A stretch of DNA of 64,000 bases. It comes from Mobula hypostoma. Its lineage: Eukaryota. How positions within the stretch are numbered: the stretch's first letter is position 1; each line of letters begins with the position of its first letter. This document shows positions 37,885 through 51,029 of this stretch, one piece after another. The notes under the pieces are model-generated. The model saw only the letters and a program-made list of their open reading frames with translations. It searched no databases and was not told where the DNA came from. The position numbers and the translations under genes are program-made. Location of the stretch: the NCBI RefSeq assembly GCF_963921235.1, contig NC_086120.1, forward strand, positions 34,100,001-34,164,000, written 5' to 3'.

Positions 37885-37958
37885 AGATGTTTCAGCTAAC
37901 TGTTTAGGTCGTGCATCTGGCCTTACGAGGCTCTTGCTGTTAGATAGAGTCTGCAAAA
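37885..37958 (-). CDS. reep6: REEP6 alternative exon 5 (VLQTLSNSKSLVRPDARPKQLAETS), likely homolog of the rod-isoform REEP6.1 exon
   Basis: Acceptor gtcttgctttag in phase 1 gives VLQTL..., like the VLQVL... start of the human REEP6.1 insert. Donor gtatgt (74 nt) or gtaatg (78 nt, end 37881). Confidence 0.8.
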
Positions 37959-38020
37959 CTAAAGCAAGACAAAAATGAGAAAACATTAATATAAACTGAA
38001 ATGTATCTAAAATCTCACCA

Positions 38021-38140
38021 CAAACACAAGAGAGTCTGCAGATACAGGGTCCTGATGAAGGGTTGTGGCCCAAAATGTCAACTGTTTATTCCCTGCCATA
38101 GTTGCTGCCTGACTTGAGTTCTTCTAGTATTTTGTGCTGC
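38021..38140 (+). mobile_element. Penelope pLTR fragment with CpG-decayed hammerhead (38048-38084)
   Basis: GTC-CTGATGA-A-GGGTTGTGGCCC-AAAA-TG-TC-AACTG. Confidence 0.75.
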
Positions 38141-38206
38141 TTAAACCTAATGGATTGTGCATCTTGTATATAAAGGGGTTTTTAGATCTCTGCATCTCAC
38201 ATAGCA

Positions 38207-38821
38207 CAGACATCCTACCCTGCAAAAACTCATTCCAGGGAGATAGCACCACCATTTCAGGGAGGTAGCACCCCCGCTCCCCGCATCTTTAAGCACGTCC
38301 ACAGGGAGTTGGTCCTCATCACGTAGGACATCAATAGAGTAGCTCCTCATCAGCTAGCCAGCTAGTTTAAATAATGTTAGCTATGCTAATGAACGAATGA
38401 CACCTGTTAAACTCACCTCAACATGTCTTTTACATTTTAACCCACCATGGGCAATAGAAAAGTCACCGTCGCAAACAGCGCAGCGAGCAACACTGTCATT
38501 ATTTTTTTTACCCCTATTAGGCAGGGGTACACTTTAGTGTAGTCTGGGGTGAAGTGAGTTTTATATTTTCTTTTTTTGGAACACTCTGCCATGGCGGTGC
38601 AGGACAAAACTGGAGAGACAGAGGTCGACTGTAAAGCCCACCCACAGAGAAAATTGGTATGTCTGTTTAGCACAAAGAGAGACAAATCAGGATGCTCGCT
38701 CTCGCTCCCGCTCCCCCTCTCCCTCTCATTTCTGGGATATTGTATATAATTTGCGGGCGTCAGGGAGCTGCTATTAATATGCGGGAGACTCCCAGAACTT
38801 CCGGGAGAGGTGGGATGTCTG
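38207..38821 (-). mobile_element. Non-autonomous hAT-like element with 6-bp TSD and BED-finger-like transposase N-terminus remnant
   Basis: TIRs CAGACATCCTACC / GGTGGGATGTCTG; TSD atagca on both sides. Minus strand reads MAECSKKRKYKTHF..., frameshift, then CAVCDGDFSIAHGGLKCKRHVE|gtgagt. Confidence 0.85.
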
Positions 38822-40779
38822 ATAGCATGAAAGTCTGTTCACATGATAGGGTAAATTTTATTCATATTACATGTGGAGTTTTGACCTGCTGCCTGAAGGA
38901 GCTTGCTGAAGCACATGCGGAATAATTTGTCAATGATGCAAATTCCTTAAACTGCTCAGCACTAGCCATTTATTTACAGCATGGAACTGACCTTTCTGCC
39001 CTTCGAGCTGCACCACCCAGCAACCCCAATTTAACCCTCGCCTAATCATGGAACAATTTACAGTGACCAATTAACCCACCAACTGGTATGTCTTTGGACT
39101 GTGGGAGGAAACCCACACAGTCACGGGGTGAACATACAAACTCCTTACAGGCAGTGGCTGGAATTGAACCTGCATCACCTGTACTGTGAAGCGTTGAGCT
39201 AACCACTACTCTACTGTATTAATCTTTAATGCCCAACTTTTTGAAACCTTGAGCCGTGATGACCAATCTGCCAGTCTCTGTACGAGGCAACATATGGCAC
39301 CAATGAACATACAACAGTTCACTTGAATTGGCAAATCATTTCTGTAACCCCAAGTAGTGATGTTGTGTGGTACAGAGACTGATGAAGTTCTAAAATAGGA
39401 CGATAAGCATGTCATCCTATTGACAAAGCAGGACAGCCAAATTATTTCTTAGTGTTGTATCACGGGGCTGATTTTGAAATAACCCAGTTCGTAATCTCTC
39501 GCCACTTCTAATCAGAATGCACTGGTGTGTGTTATCTGCACAGGCACAAGTGTGTTTCTGGCCATTACTTGCAAGATGGAATCTTAAAAATCTATACTTG
39601 GTTCAAATATTGTTAAAACAGTAGACTTCATAATGCAGATATACAAATGTTGACAGATATACCCCAGTCCATCTATACCCTAGGGTCTGGAACTCCAGAA
39701 CATTTCCACATCTCTTTGAACAAAGCTTTGAGCTGCACCTAATATCTACTTTGAGTCAGTGTCCATTATTTGACTACATAAACTGATAATGTACTTCAGT
39801 ACATCTAAATGCAAAATGTTATTGTACATTTTGAAATGGACATTAACTCAAGACCTTGTATGTAGCAAGTTGTTGCAGCAAAGCAATAGATGCATGCCAA
39901 ACCAACCAACAAAATAGACCAAACCAACAGGATCCCACTTCAGACTAATGTGGAAAACAAACTGTTTATCTACTCGTTTAGGAGTATTAATTAATAGGTA
40001 AAGAACCAATGATTCAGTTTTAATTCAGTATCTTTGAATACAATAGTTTATTCTACTTTGACTGGCAATTCCCAATTTGCTATTCTTTATCTAGTTTGTC
40101 CTATTGTGTGTTAATTAATTCCAGTCAACAGCAGTATAATTTGCAATCCCAGGAAGTACAAAAGGGAACACGCCAAACTGTGCATTGCCAAATATCTCCA
40201 AAATAATGAAGACATTATTTTGTAATCTATTTTAGGTAGGAATATGTCCTCACCTGCTATGTTGCAGGTTTTTTTTTGGAAAAGCTAACTTTGAGTGTCA
40301 ACTGTTTCTTAAAGGATGCAATCAGAATAAGCACATCCATGCAAGATGTATAGATTTGATTCCAAAAGTCACATCATCAATTTTCTTCCAGAGCATACAA
40401 AGCCTTGTATACAATTTATACTTTATTGTTGCCAAACAGTTGGTACTAGAACGTACAATCATCACAGTGATATTTGATTCTGCGCTTCACACTCCCTGGA
40501 TTACAAATATTAAATAAAAATATTAAAAATAGTTAAAATTAGTAAATATTAAAAATTTAAATTATAAATTAAATTAATTTGCAACTGGCATTGTGTCTGT
40601 GATAAACTTGTTACTGAATCCACACTGACAGATTTTTTAAATATACTGACAATACTGTGCCAAAACAAATCTCAATGTGTTAAAATTTTCAAAAATGATT
40701 CCAGCTTACTGATTTAATTTTTAATAAACATTGAAAGAGTCAAGGGTGAGGTTCAAATTTGCAATATATTGGCCAATTC

Positions 40780-40905
40780 TCAAGCAACACACACAAAATG
40801 CTGGAAAAACTCAAGAGGTCAGGCAGCATCTGTGGAGAGAAATAAACTGTCAACCTTTCGGGCTGAGACTGGAAAGAAGAGAGAAGAAGCCAGGATAACA
40901 TGCCA
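40780..40905 (-). mobile_element. Penelope pLTR fragment
   Basis: acacacaaaatgctgga...caggcagcatct family sequence. Confidence 0.7.
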
Positions 40906-42173
40906 GTATTCCTTCCATCCCAGATTCTTGAAAGGAGAAAGTTAGGAAGAGACTTAGACATGTCCTTGGAAAGATAGGATCAAGATTTATTCAATTGTTC
41001 TAAATAATTTAATAGCCCACTGATACCAAGCCACACAAATAAAAAAAATACATAGAACACCAGCTATTGGCATATGTGTAACTGCATCCAAATTCAGTTG
41101 GTGCTTTGAACAAGCATTTACTGGCACAGGATACTGGGACCAGTAGAAAGATTAATGCCAGGTGCAGGCACCTAATTATGAACAAAGGTACTCCCTTGGT
41201 AATGGACGCTCAACATGTGGACACTGGCACATATGAAAAAGTCTTAAAAATAAAGCTGTAATTCAAAAGTCCGCAGAACTATTTTTCTCCCACTCTCTAC
41301 TTTCAGAGCTTGCTCTTTCTCATCAAAAGCGAACCAGTCTTGGCAAAAGTTACCTGTTTTATAATCTACCTGCAGTACTCAGACACCATCATGTCTTAAG
41401 AACATAGGTTGCCAGATTCATTGAAGAAGGCAACTCAATAGAGCTGCTTTGGACACTGACAAGCAATCACTTCTATTAACAATTGTGTAACAATGGTCCC
41501 TTAAGCAATGCAAAATCTACCGATACTTTGAGGCATCAACACCACCCATTGAGTGTGAGATATCTTGATACTGTACCATTGTAACAAGGCAGGGGAAGAC
41601 AAACATCCATAGTTGGCCCGCATCAACACTATAATTACTGTCAAGTCGTATATTTTCCAACTTATGGACATAAAACATATGGATGTCTGTAAAAACATAA
41701 TGCATCTGTAACCTGGAGAGGGCATGCATTTAAAACATTGGAATTGCTTATTGGATCTTTTTCCCCCCCTCTACATCAGCCAAGATATGAATTGCATAAC
41801 TTTTTAGTAACTTCATTGGATATCCTACTTACATTGCCTTTCAAGAGTCACCAATCAGGACAAGCCAAGATAAAGATGGGGCGTGAAGGAATAAGTAATT
41901 TTATCTGCCAATTTCAATCAGAAAATAATCAAGGATTATTTGGAAATGAGCCATTAAATTTTGAAAGGATGTTTTCAAGAGATTAAGAATGGCAAAAACT
42001 ATTGTTCACAGGAGTTAAAGATAAACAAATATTTTTAAAATGGATTTTGTAACAGAAGTTCTCTGCCTCATCCTAAATCCAAGTCACCTTATACACAACT
42101 TTCCTAGATATACACAAGCATGATTACACATAATATTTGAAAGATCTTCACTTTATGGTCATGCTTCACTGAC

Positions 42174-42342
42174 CTTCTCTGGTCACGCATTCTGCTGCAT
42201 CCAAAGCCTTGCTACTGAGGTCATTAACAGCACTATCCACTTGGGCATGATGCTTCAGGAACAGAGGGCGGACAATTCGCTTATAGATGATCTGAGAACC
42301 GTTCCACATGACTGGTGCCATGCACCACAGCAGGAAAAGACA
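42174..42342 (-). CDS. reep6: REEP6 coding exon 4 ([56 protein letters not shown])
   Basis: LLWCMAP-WNG and RPxFLKH motifs plus C-terminal amphipathic helix region; acceptor ttgcctgcag, donor gtcagt; 169 nt, ends phase 1. Confidence 0.97.
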
Positions 42343-42571
42343 CTGCAGGCAAAAAATTCTCCAGCATTAGTTACTAACCAAAAGTTGTCTAAGTAATAGA
42401 ACCAGAAAATCCATCAAATCAGAGCATATTTTATGAAAAATACAAATCTTGAATATCAAAAATAATAGCATGCTAAAACATGAATTCCTGATGTTCCTTA
42501 TGCTTAGCTTAATAGTAAAGAATGCAATAGATTTGACAACACTTGGAAGATTAAAATCAAAGGTAAGATTA

Positions 42572-42748
<177 letters not shown>

Positions 42749-44639
42749 TTAGATTAGATTATGAGGACATGCAGTCCTCTTTTATTGTCATTTAGTAATG
42801 CATGCATTAAGAAATGATACAATATTCCTCCGGTGTGATATCACAGAAATGCGCCGCCATCTTCTCCTCCCCTCCGGATTAAGATTAAACAATGATTATG
42901 CTAAAATCACTATACTAATACCATCAAGTTATTTAAAAATCTAAGTGTATTTTGTTTTTCAAAATAGTAGGCATTGTATCAACGATCAAAGCATCTGCTA
43001 ATGGTGAAGAATAAATCATAAATTCCAAGCTTTAGATGCAAAATGGATTCAAGATTGTTCAACATCATTTCCAGTATACAAGTATAAAGGAGAATGAAGT
43101 AATTGTTACTCCATATCCAATGCAGCACAGAAAAAACAATGAAATAATAAACACACAAAATAAATACACATGATAGCTAATGTACATAGATTGATTGTAT
43201 GTCCATTAAGTGACACTAGACACAGGAGTATCTGTACGTAAGGTGACTCTGACAGGAAATGAAGTAGTGGTGCTGGGGGTGTGGTGGGTGGGTTAGTTAG
43301 TGGGTGGAGGTGATGATTAGTCTTACTGTTTGGGGAAAGAAACAGAGTCTGGTGGTCCTGGCGTGGATGCTATGTAGCCTCCTCCCTGATGGGAGTGGGA
43401 CAAACAGTCCATAAGCATGGTGGGTGGGATCTCACATGATGCTGCTGGCCTGCTTCTGGCATCTTTCCATTAATACATCCTTGATGGCAGGTAGTCTGGT
43501 GCTGGTGAAACTGCAGTGCAGTTTCTGTATGTTATTCCATATTTTGCATTATTCTTTTAAATTCTCTCTAGAACATCCAATATCTAAATTGTTTATAAAG
43601 GTACATAAACTGAAGTATCTGTTAGTCTATCCAATTTCAATGATTTTGAGCATCCATTCAATTTTCAATTATGTTTCACCTCACAATGTTACCATAACCT
43701 TCTTAGGTAATTCATGACACATCATTAAAACCGGCAATAAAATAATTTAGCTTGGCCTACGTACAGGTATTCAAAACTTAATTTATTAATTTCATTGAAT
43801 AAATAGTCAAAGGCTGATATTCAATAAAATTTACCCTTGATATTTAAATGGTACAGTGTTGACTCACTACCAACGTGACCCTCCTCTTTACAAGTTACAT
43901 GTAGTGACAGCCTCAAGATGTACCATTGTCATTAACGCCCAATAAAACAGACTGTTCCTGACATGAAAAATGGGAGCCACGGACGCGTTAAAATTTGAAA
44001 CATAGATGAAATTTAGTTAGGTCTACTCAATCTGACTGAAGATCAAATTATTATACTAACTGAATGACATGCTCTCTGAAGAGTTGCCGCTAGAAAGAAG
44101 AAAAAGTTTGCGACCTTAAGAGTTTGCCTCGCCATGCAACTTTTCTATTTGCAAAAATCATATTAGGCCAGATGATTAAAATGTCAGAAACTAGAATCAC
44201 CTGCATTATCAGGTGGAGGTTATGCACATCAAGGTAAAATTCAACATCTAAAGTGATTACAAAAAAAAGTCATGAAATTTGTTGACTTGCAGCAGAGTTA
44301 AGCGCAATACAAAAAAACCACCATAATTTAAAGAAAGTGCAAAAGACAAAATAGTGCCAGTTTTCCTGGAACATTCTGAAATCTGATGGTGTAGGGAAGA
44401 AACTGTTCCTAAAACATTGAGTGTGCATTTTCAAACTCCTATACCTCCTCCATGATGGCGATACTGAGAAGAGGCATGTTCTGCATGGAGAGGGTCCCCA
44501 GTGATTTTCTTGAGACACCACCTTTTGAAGATATCCTCAATGGTGGGGAGATACAGCATGTGCCCTTGATAGAGTAGGCCAAGTCTACAACTTTTTTCCT
44601 TCCTGTACATTGGAGCCATCACACCAGGTGGCTCCAATA

Positions 44640-45095
44640 TTTCAGTAAGATTGAAAGAGTACAGAGAAAATTTCCAAAGATGTTTCCAGAACATAAAGTC
44701 CTGAGTTTATAGGGAAAAATTCAATAGTTTAGGACTTTATTCCCTGGAGCATACGGGAGGAAATTCAATAGAGGTATGCAAATTATGAAGGGTATAGATA
44801 GATTAAATGCTAGCGTGCTCTTTCCACTGAGGTTGTGTGAGACAAGAACAAGAGGTTGTAGGTTAAGGGTGGAAGGTGAAATATTTAAAGGGAACATGAG
44901 GGGAAACTTCGTCACTCGGAAGAAGTGCAAAAAAAAAGCTGCCAGCAGTTTGATTTCAGCATTTAGCAGAAATTTGGATAAGTGTATGGATGGGAGTGGT
45001 ATGGAGGGCTATAGTCCAAGTTTAGGTTGATGGGATTAGGTAGAATAATAGTTTTGCATGGACTAGATGGGCTGAAGGGCCTCACTCTGACTATG
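44640..45095 (+). mobile_element. CR1 LINE 3' fragment
   Basis: IMKGIDRLNASVLFPLR..TRG..RLRVEG remnant. Confidence 0.82.
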
Positions 45096-45924
45096 ATGGA
45101 ACAACAAATGCTCTCCAGTTTTTCTATGCCATTATTTGGTCACAGTTGGTGGCATTCAGTTGAAACTATTCATGGGGAATTGAGACCAACAAGATTAGTC
45201 TAGACCGTTTGCATAGACTTAACGAACCAAGCAGCCACTTCATGTGCTGTAATTACTAGTTCTACCAATTAACCTATGGCTTCTAGTGGAAAAGGCAATA
45301 ATAATCAGCTTGCTTCCCCATCAGCAATAAATTAAGATAAATTATAACAAGTAAAATTGAGATAACAATTGAGAGACACTGAGAAACAACATTGCAGCAT
45401 ATTACATTACGAACAGAAAACTACCAGAGTTAAGCAAATTTTTAAAGTTTTAGATTTCCTCGTATTCTAGCAATTTACGTGATGTATTTTACATAATACC
45501 AAGTGGTCAAACTAAAGCTGACCTACTAGTAAAGCAAGATACATCAACAGTATTTTGGCATGTGCAGCTTCTACACTACATTGTTATTTATTAAGGCAAG
45601 TAAAGCAGGATGGAACTTGTAGCTAAAAAAAAAATCCCTTTTTGATGGCCATAAATGACTGTTGCGGCTGACAACATTCGAAAGGCATATCACATAATAT
45701 GAATAATTGTTAAAAATACATTTTGAGTGTGTATCTGTCATAAGCACAGTGTTCCAGGACATAGTTTTCTAGTGCATCCAATTCAAACTTTGGGTGTGCC
45801 AAGACCCCATTCACTAATCAACATCAAACTGAAACAGAGGATTATGCCTTGCTCTACAAGATACATGAAGACACAATGCAGAAACTCCTGTGAACCACAT
45901 GAAAAAAGGGAGAAAATGAAAACA

Positions 45925-47278
45925 GGAAGAAAATAGTGAGCCTGACATCAATAGTGGAAAGTTATTGTAAGGTATTCCAAGGGACTGGATATATGAATAT
46001 TTGGATAGACAAGGACTGATGAGGGATAGTTAGGGTGGGTTTGTGCATAGTAGGTTGTGTCTAATCAATCTTCGAGTTGTTTTTTTTTTGAGGAAGTTAC
46101 CAAGAAAGTTGAAGGCAAATGGATGTTGTCTACAAGGACTTTAGCAAGGCATTTGACAAGGTCCACATGGGAGATTGGTCAAGATTCAAGGTGCAGTCAC
46201 TCTGCATTCAAAACAAGGTAGTAAATTGGATTAGATATTGGCTTTATGGGAGAAGCCAGAGAGTGGTAGTAGATGGTCGACTCTGACTGGAAGTCTGTGA
46301 CTAGTGGAGTACCACGGGGATCGGTGCTGGATACATTATTGTTTGTCATCCACATCAGTGATCTGGATGATCATGTGGTTAACTGGATCAGCAAATTTGC
46401 AGATGATCCCAAGATGGGGGGTGTAGTAGACAGTGAGGAAGACCAGAGCTTGCTGTGGAATCAAGACCAGCTGGAAAACTGGCCTGAGAAATGGCAGATG
46501 AAATTTAATCTGGACAAGTGTGAGGTGTTGGTCTTTTGGTAGGATGGACCTGGGTAGGTCTTACAGTGAAGAGTGGGACACTAGATGTGCTAGAACAAAA
46601 GGATCTAGAAATACAGGCCCATAATTCATTGAAAGTATCAGCACAGCTAGAGGATCATAAAGAAAGCTTTGGACCCTTTGGCTTTAATAAATCGAAGTAC
46701 TGAGAGCAGGAGAGTGGATGTTATATTGAAGTTATACAAGACATTGCTGAGGCCATTGGAGTATCATGTGCAGTTTTGGTCATTTACCCAAAAGGAAAAA
46801 TGTAAACAAGATTGAAAGAGTACAGTGAAAATTTACAAGGATGTTGTTGGAGCTGGAGGACCTGAGCTGTAATGAAGGATTGAACAGGTTAGGACATTAT
46901 TCCTTGGAACACAGATGATTGAGAGGAACTTGACAGAAATTATACAAAATTACAAGGGGTAATAGACAGAGTAAATGCAAGCAGACTTTGTCCACAAAGT
47001 TTGGGTGGGACTACAGCTAGAGGTCATGGGTTAAGGGTGAAAGGTGAAAAGTTTAGGGCAACAAGGGGAGAAACTTCTTCACTCAGAGGGTAGTGAGTGC
47101 TTAATAAGCTATCAGTGCATGCAGGCAGGCTCAATTTCAACTTCTAAGAGAAGATTAGATAGGTACATGGATGGTAGGGGTATGAAGGGTTATAGTCCTG
47201 GAGCAGGTAGTTTAAATGGTTCAGTATTGACTAGATGGGCTGAATGGCTTGTTTCTGTGCTGTATTTTTCCATGACAT
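45925..47278 (+). mobile_element. CR1 LINE RT and 3' fragment
   Basis: SDWKSVTSGVPRGSVL..ISDLD..SKFADD. Confidence 0.88.
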
Positions 47279-47308
47279 AGCCTATCCCATTCAGCACCAC
47301 AACCTATA

Positions 47309-48423
47309 CAGTGGATTCTTATTAATTGAGCCATTCATTAATCAGGACATTCACTTATTTGGAACAGCTTTTGAAGAACAAAAACTAATAGAGAAGTTAG
47401 CCGGAATTTCCTTTGTGTATTTGGGACACAATGCCGCTTAATTGCGACAGGAGACTGTTGCCGAAGCTTCCAACTAGCATCAGCCACGTGCACTTGTGTG
47501 GCCGTTAGACACTACACCATGCCTAGAGTGAACAGCTTTTAAATAGTGTCAGTTGCATGTGTTTGTGTTCAAAAAGCAGTGATTTTTGTCACTAATCGTT
47601 AATGAGAAATAAGCAGCAGGACAATTCTGAACTGTTTTGCTCACTGTGGTTTCAGGCATTCAGGCTTGGAGATGCCAGAAATAATTAGGAGTATAAATAA
47701 AATGATTTCACAACTTCAACAAGTTAAGAACTGCAAAGAATCTAGAAGGTATTGACAATCATAGAAACATAGAAAATAGGTGCAGGAGTAGGCCATTTGG
47801 CCCTTCGAGCCTGCACCGCCATTCAGTACGACCATGGCTGATCATCCAACTCAGAACCCTGTACCTGCCTTATCTCCATACCCCCTGATCCCTTTAGCCA
47901 CAACAGCCATATCTAACTCCCTCTTAAATATAGCCAATGAACTGGCCTCAACTGTTTCCTGTGGCAGAGAATTCCACAGAGTCACCACTCTCTGTGTGAA
48001 GAAGTTTTTCCTAATCTCGGTCCTAAAAGGCATCCCCTTTATCCTCAAACTGTGACCCCTCATTCTGGACTTCCCCAACATTAGGAACAATCTTCCTGCA
48101 TCTAGCCTGTCCAATCCCTTTAGAATTTTATACATTTCAATCAGATCCCCCCCTCAATCTTCTAAATTCCAGAGAGAACAAGCCTAGTCGATCCAGTCTT
48201 TAATCATATGAAAGTCCTGCTATCCCAGGAATCAATCTGGTGAACCTTCTTTGTACTCCCTCTATGGCAAGAATGTCTTTCCTCAGATTAGTTATTCAGT
48301 TAAATGGCAGTTTGTCCTTTGTTTTTAAAAAAAATTGTTAACTATTTCTATGATACTTCAGTTATTTGGGGCAGTCGCCTAATTGGACCAAAATGACGTG
48401 TCCCAATTAACTGGAATCCATTG
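47309..48423. mobile_element. Tc1/mariner (Tigger/pogo-like) non-autonomous element interrupted by CR1
   Basis: TA|CAGTGGATTC ... GAATCCATTG|TA termini. Confidence 0.75.
47760..48290 (-). mobile_element. Young CR1 3' fragment nested in the mariner-type element
   Basis: Uninterrupted YKILKGLDRLDAGRLF...FFTQRVVTLWNSLPQ; intact catagaaa tail. Confidence 0.9.
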
Positions 48424-49045
48424 TACCTGCTTTGGTTACTCAGGGAGACAAGGTACAACAGTGTTAGGGTTACAAAATGCAGTCAGCATGCACTTTCTAC
48501 TAAGGAGATGAAGTGTCATTGAGACGATGTTAAATATATAAACTAGACATGGATATTACAATCCTGAATTTTTTTTAAAAATGCTCAATTTCTGTGATAA
48601 TTGAAGTACGAGTCAAATTTAAGGATTTTGTTCACTTGTGAACAGGTTACATTTAATTCCCAATTTCAGAAATTAATTTTTGACATTTCAGTTTAATTCA
48701 GCTTAAGGTCTGGCTCAGATTTTGACGTGTTAGTAGCTTGAATATTTTTGCAAATTTTGTCTGCGACCAACAAGCAAGTTGTCTGCATTCAGAATTAGAG
48801 TCAACAATTCTGTTTGCAACTTATCAAATGTTTGACAATTGAGCTAAGAGGTACTATTGTGCAGACTAATAATGTAATGCTGCTAAAGGAAGCTTTCAAC
48901 TTAAATTCTTGTATTGAAGGAAAGAATGGAATCAAGAACTACAAACCCGAGTTAATAAAAAGATATAGATTTGTATGAAGTCAAAGCATGCAGTATGTTA
49001 TACAAAATGTCATGGGACAGATATTTTCCTCTAAATTCATACTCA

Positions 49046-49189
<144 letters not shown>

Positions 49190-49221
49190 TCAACTAAGTT
49201 TCTCTCATACAAAAAGTGACA

Positions 49222-49842
49222 ATTTAGAACAGGGGCTTCAGCCCACAATGCTGTGCCAGTCACTTAACCTACTCCACAGTCATCTAGCACTTCCCTGCTT
49301 CATATCTCACAACCTTCCATTGTTCTTCCATCCATGTGCTTATAGAAGAGCCTCTTAAATATCCCCAAGGTATCTGACAATAAACACCACCTCCCCTCCC
49401 GCACCCCAGCAATGCATTCCAGGCACTACCCCTCTGCACAAAAAACTTACCTCAGACCTCTCCCCTAAAATTTCTTCCACTCATCTTGAAAGAATGTCCT
49501 CTGGTATTAGCCATTACAGCCCTAGGAAAAAGATGCCAACTGTCTGCTATGCCTCACAATCTTATGGACACCTATCAAGTCACCTCTCATCCCCCCTCAA
49601 AACCCTAGCTGGCTCAACTTTCCTCACAAGCTGTGTACTCTAATCCAGGCAGCATCCTAGTAGATCTCCTCAGGACTTTCTTCAAAGCTTCCGCATCCTT
49701 CCTATAATGAGGTGACCAGAACTGAACATAATTTCCGTGTGTGGTCTAACCAGAGTTTTACAGAGCTGTAACGTTACCTCCTGGCTCTTGAACTTAGTCA
49801 ACGAAGGCCAATACACTGGATGCCTTCTTAACTATCCTATCT
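49222..49842 (-). mobile_element. CR1 LINE 3' fragment
   Basis: Homologous to other reverse CR1 ends such as 10497-10868. Confidence 0.75.
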
Positions 49843-51029
49843 GATGTGGATGCCATCTGAAGTTTCGTTTAAAAAAAAGATTAACCACAGCATTTAAAAA
49901 AAATCCATTGTCAGTTCTCATGTGTATTTAAGATCCTAATGATTAAGACTGTTCCGGTTTCTTTCTCTTGACAAGGAAACCTCTGTTGTAGTTGTCCACA
50001 TCTAAGGTTACACAGCAAGTGTGCAGTTCTAAAGTCTGATTTGTCCATCACATGCAAATCAAACCTGAATCACATTTACTGCTGACGAAGAGAGACATTA
50101 GAATCATTTGGAACTCCTTTCACTTTAGGAGCTCCGAGATGTTTAAGCAAAATAAAATTCTGGTAAGTAATCCCACTATTTGTTTACCAGATTATGTAAT
50201 TTTATTTAAAAACCATTGAGGTAGAATTAAAAAAGGTGAAAAACAGAAAACAAAATAGTGTTATAGTGACAGAGAAAGTGCAGTTTAGGCAGACAAGGTG
50301 CAAGGGCCACGATGAGGTTGGTTGAGAGATCAAGAGGTCATTTTTAATCATCATTTGAGAGCCTTATAACAGAGGGATGCAAGACATCCTTGAGCCCGGT
50401 CATATACGCGAGCTTTTGTGTCTTCTACTCAGAGGGGAGGGGAGAAGAGGGAATTACAGGGATAGGATGGGTCCTTAATTATGTTGGCTGCTTTCCTGAG
50501 GCATTGGGGTGTGTATACAACATCAATGAAGGAGGCTGGTTTTCATGACAGTCTGGGCTGTCATCACTTGTGCTCACAGCCTCACATCTGTAAGGCAGTG
50601 CATGCAGTAAAGCGCAAGAGACAGATGAGAAAGTAAAGCCATGATTGCTTAAAAAGGTAGGTGTTGGAAGATTGTAAAAGTAGTTAAAAAAGTGCTCCAT
50701 CTATGGATACAGATCTGGGAAATGTGGACTGGCAACCATCTCTACAAATAGTGCACAATGAAGAGAACATCCCAAGTTCATGGACTGACCTGTACAAGCC
50801 GTGCAGGGATAGAGACAAGGTCAGATTCAGGATGACAGCTCGAAACAGTGGACTTCATGCCAATTCTATGGAATAAATGCTCATCAGATGCATTTAAGCC
50901 AAGATGTTGGTGCAAGAGCAACTGAGACATTTAAACTTGACTTAGGAGCAACGTAATACTGAAGCAAGACATCAACCTTGAGAAGATGCATTAAAAACCA
51001 TGGTCATATAGTGTCAACTGTTGACAAAC

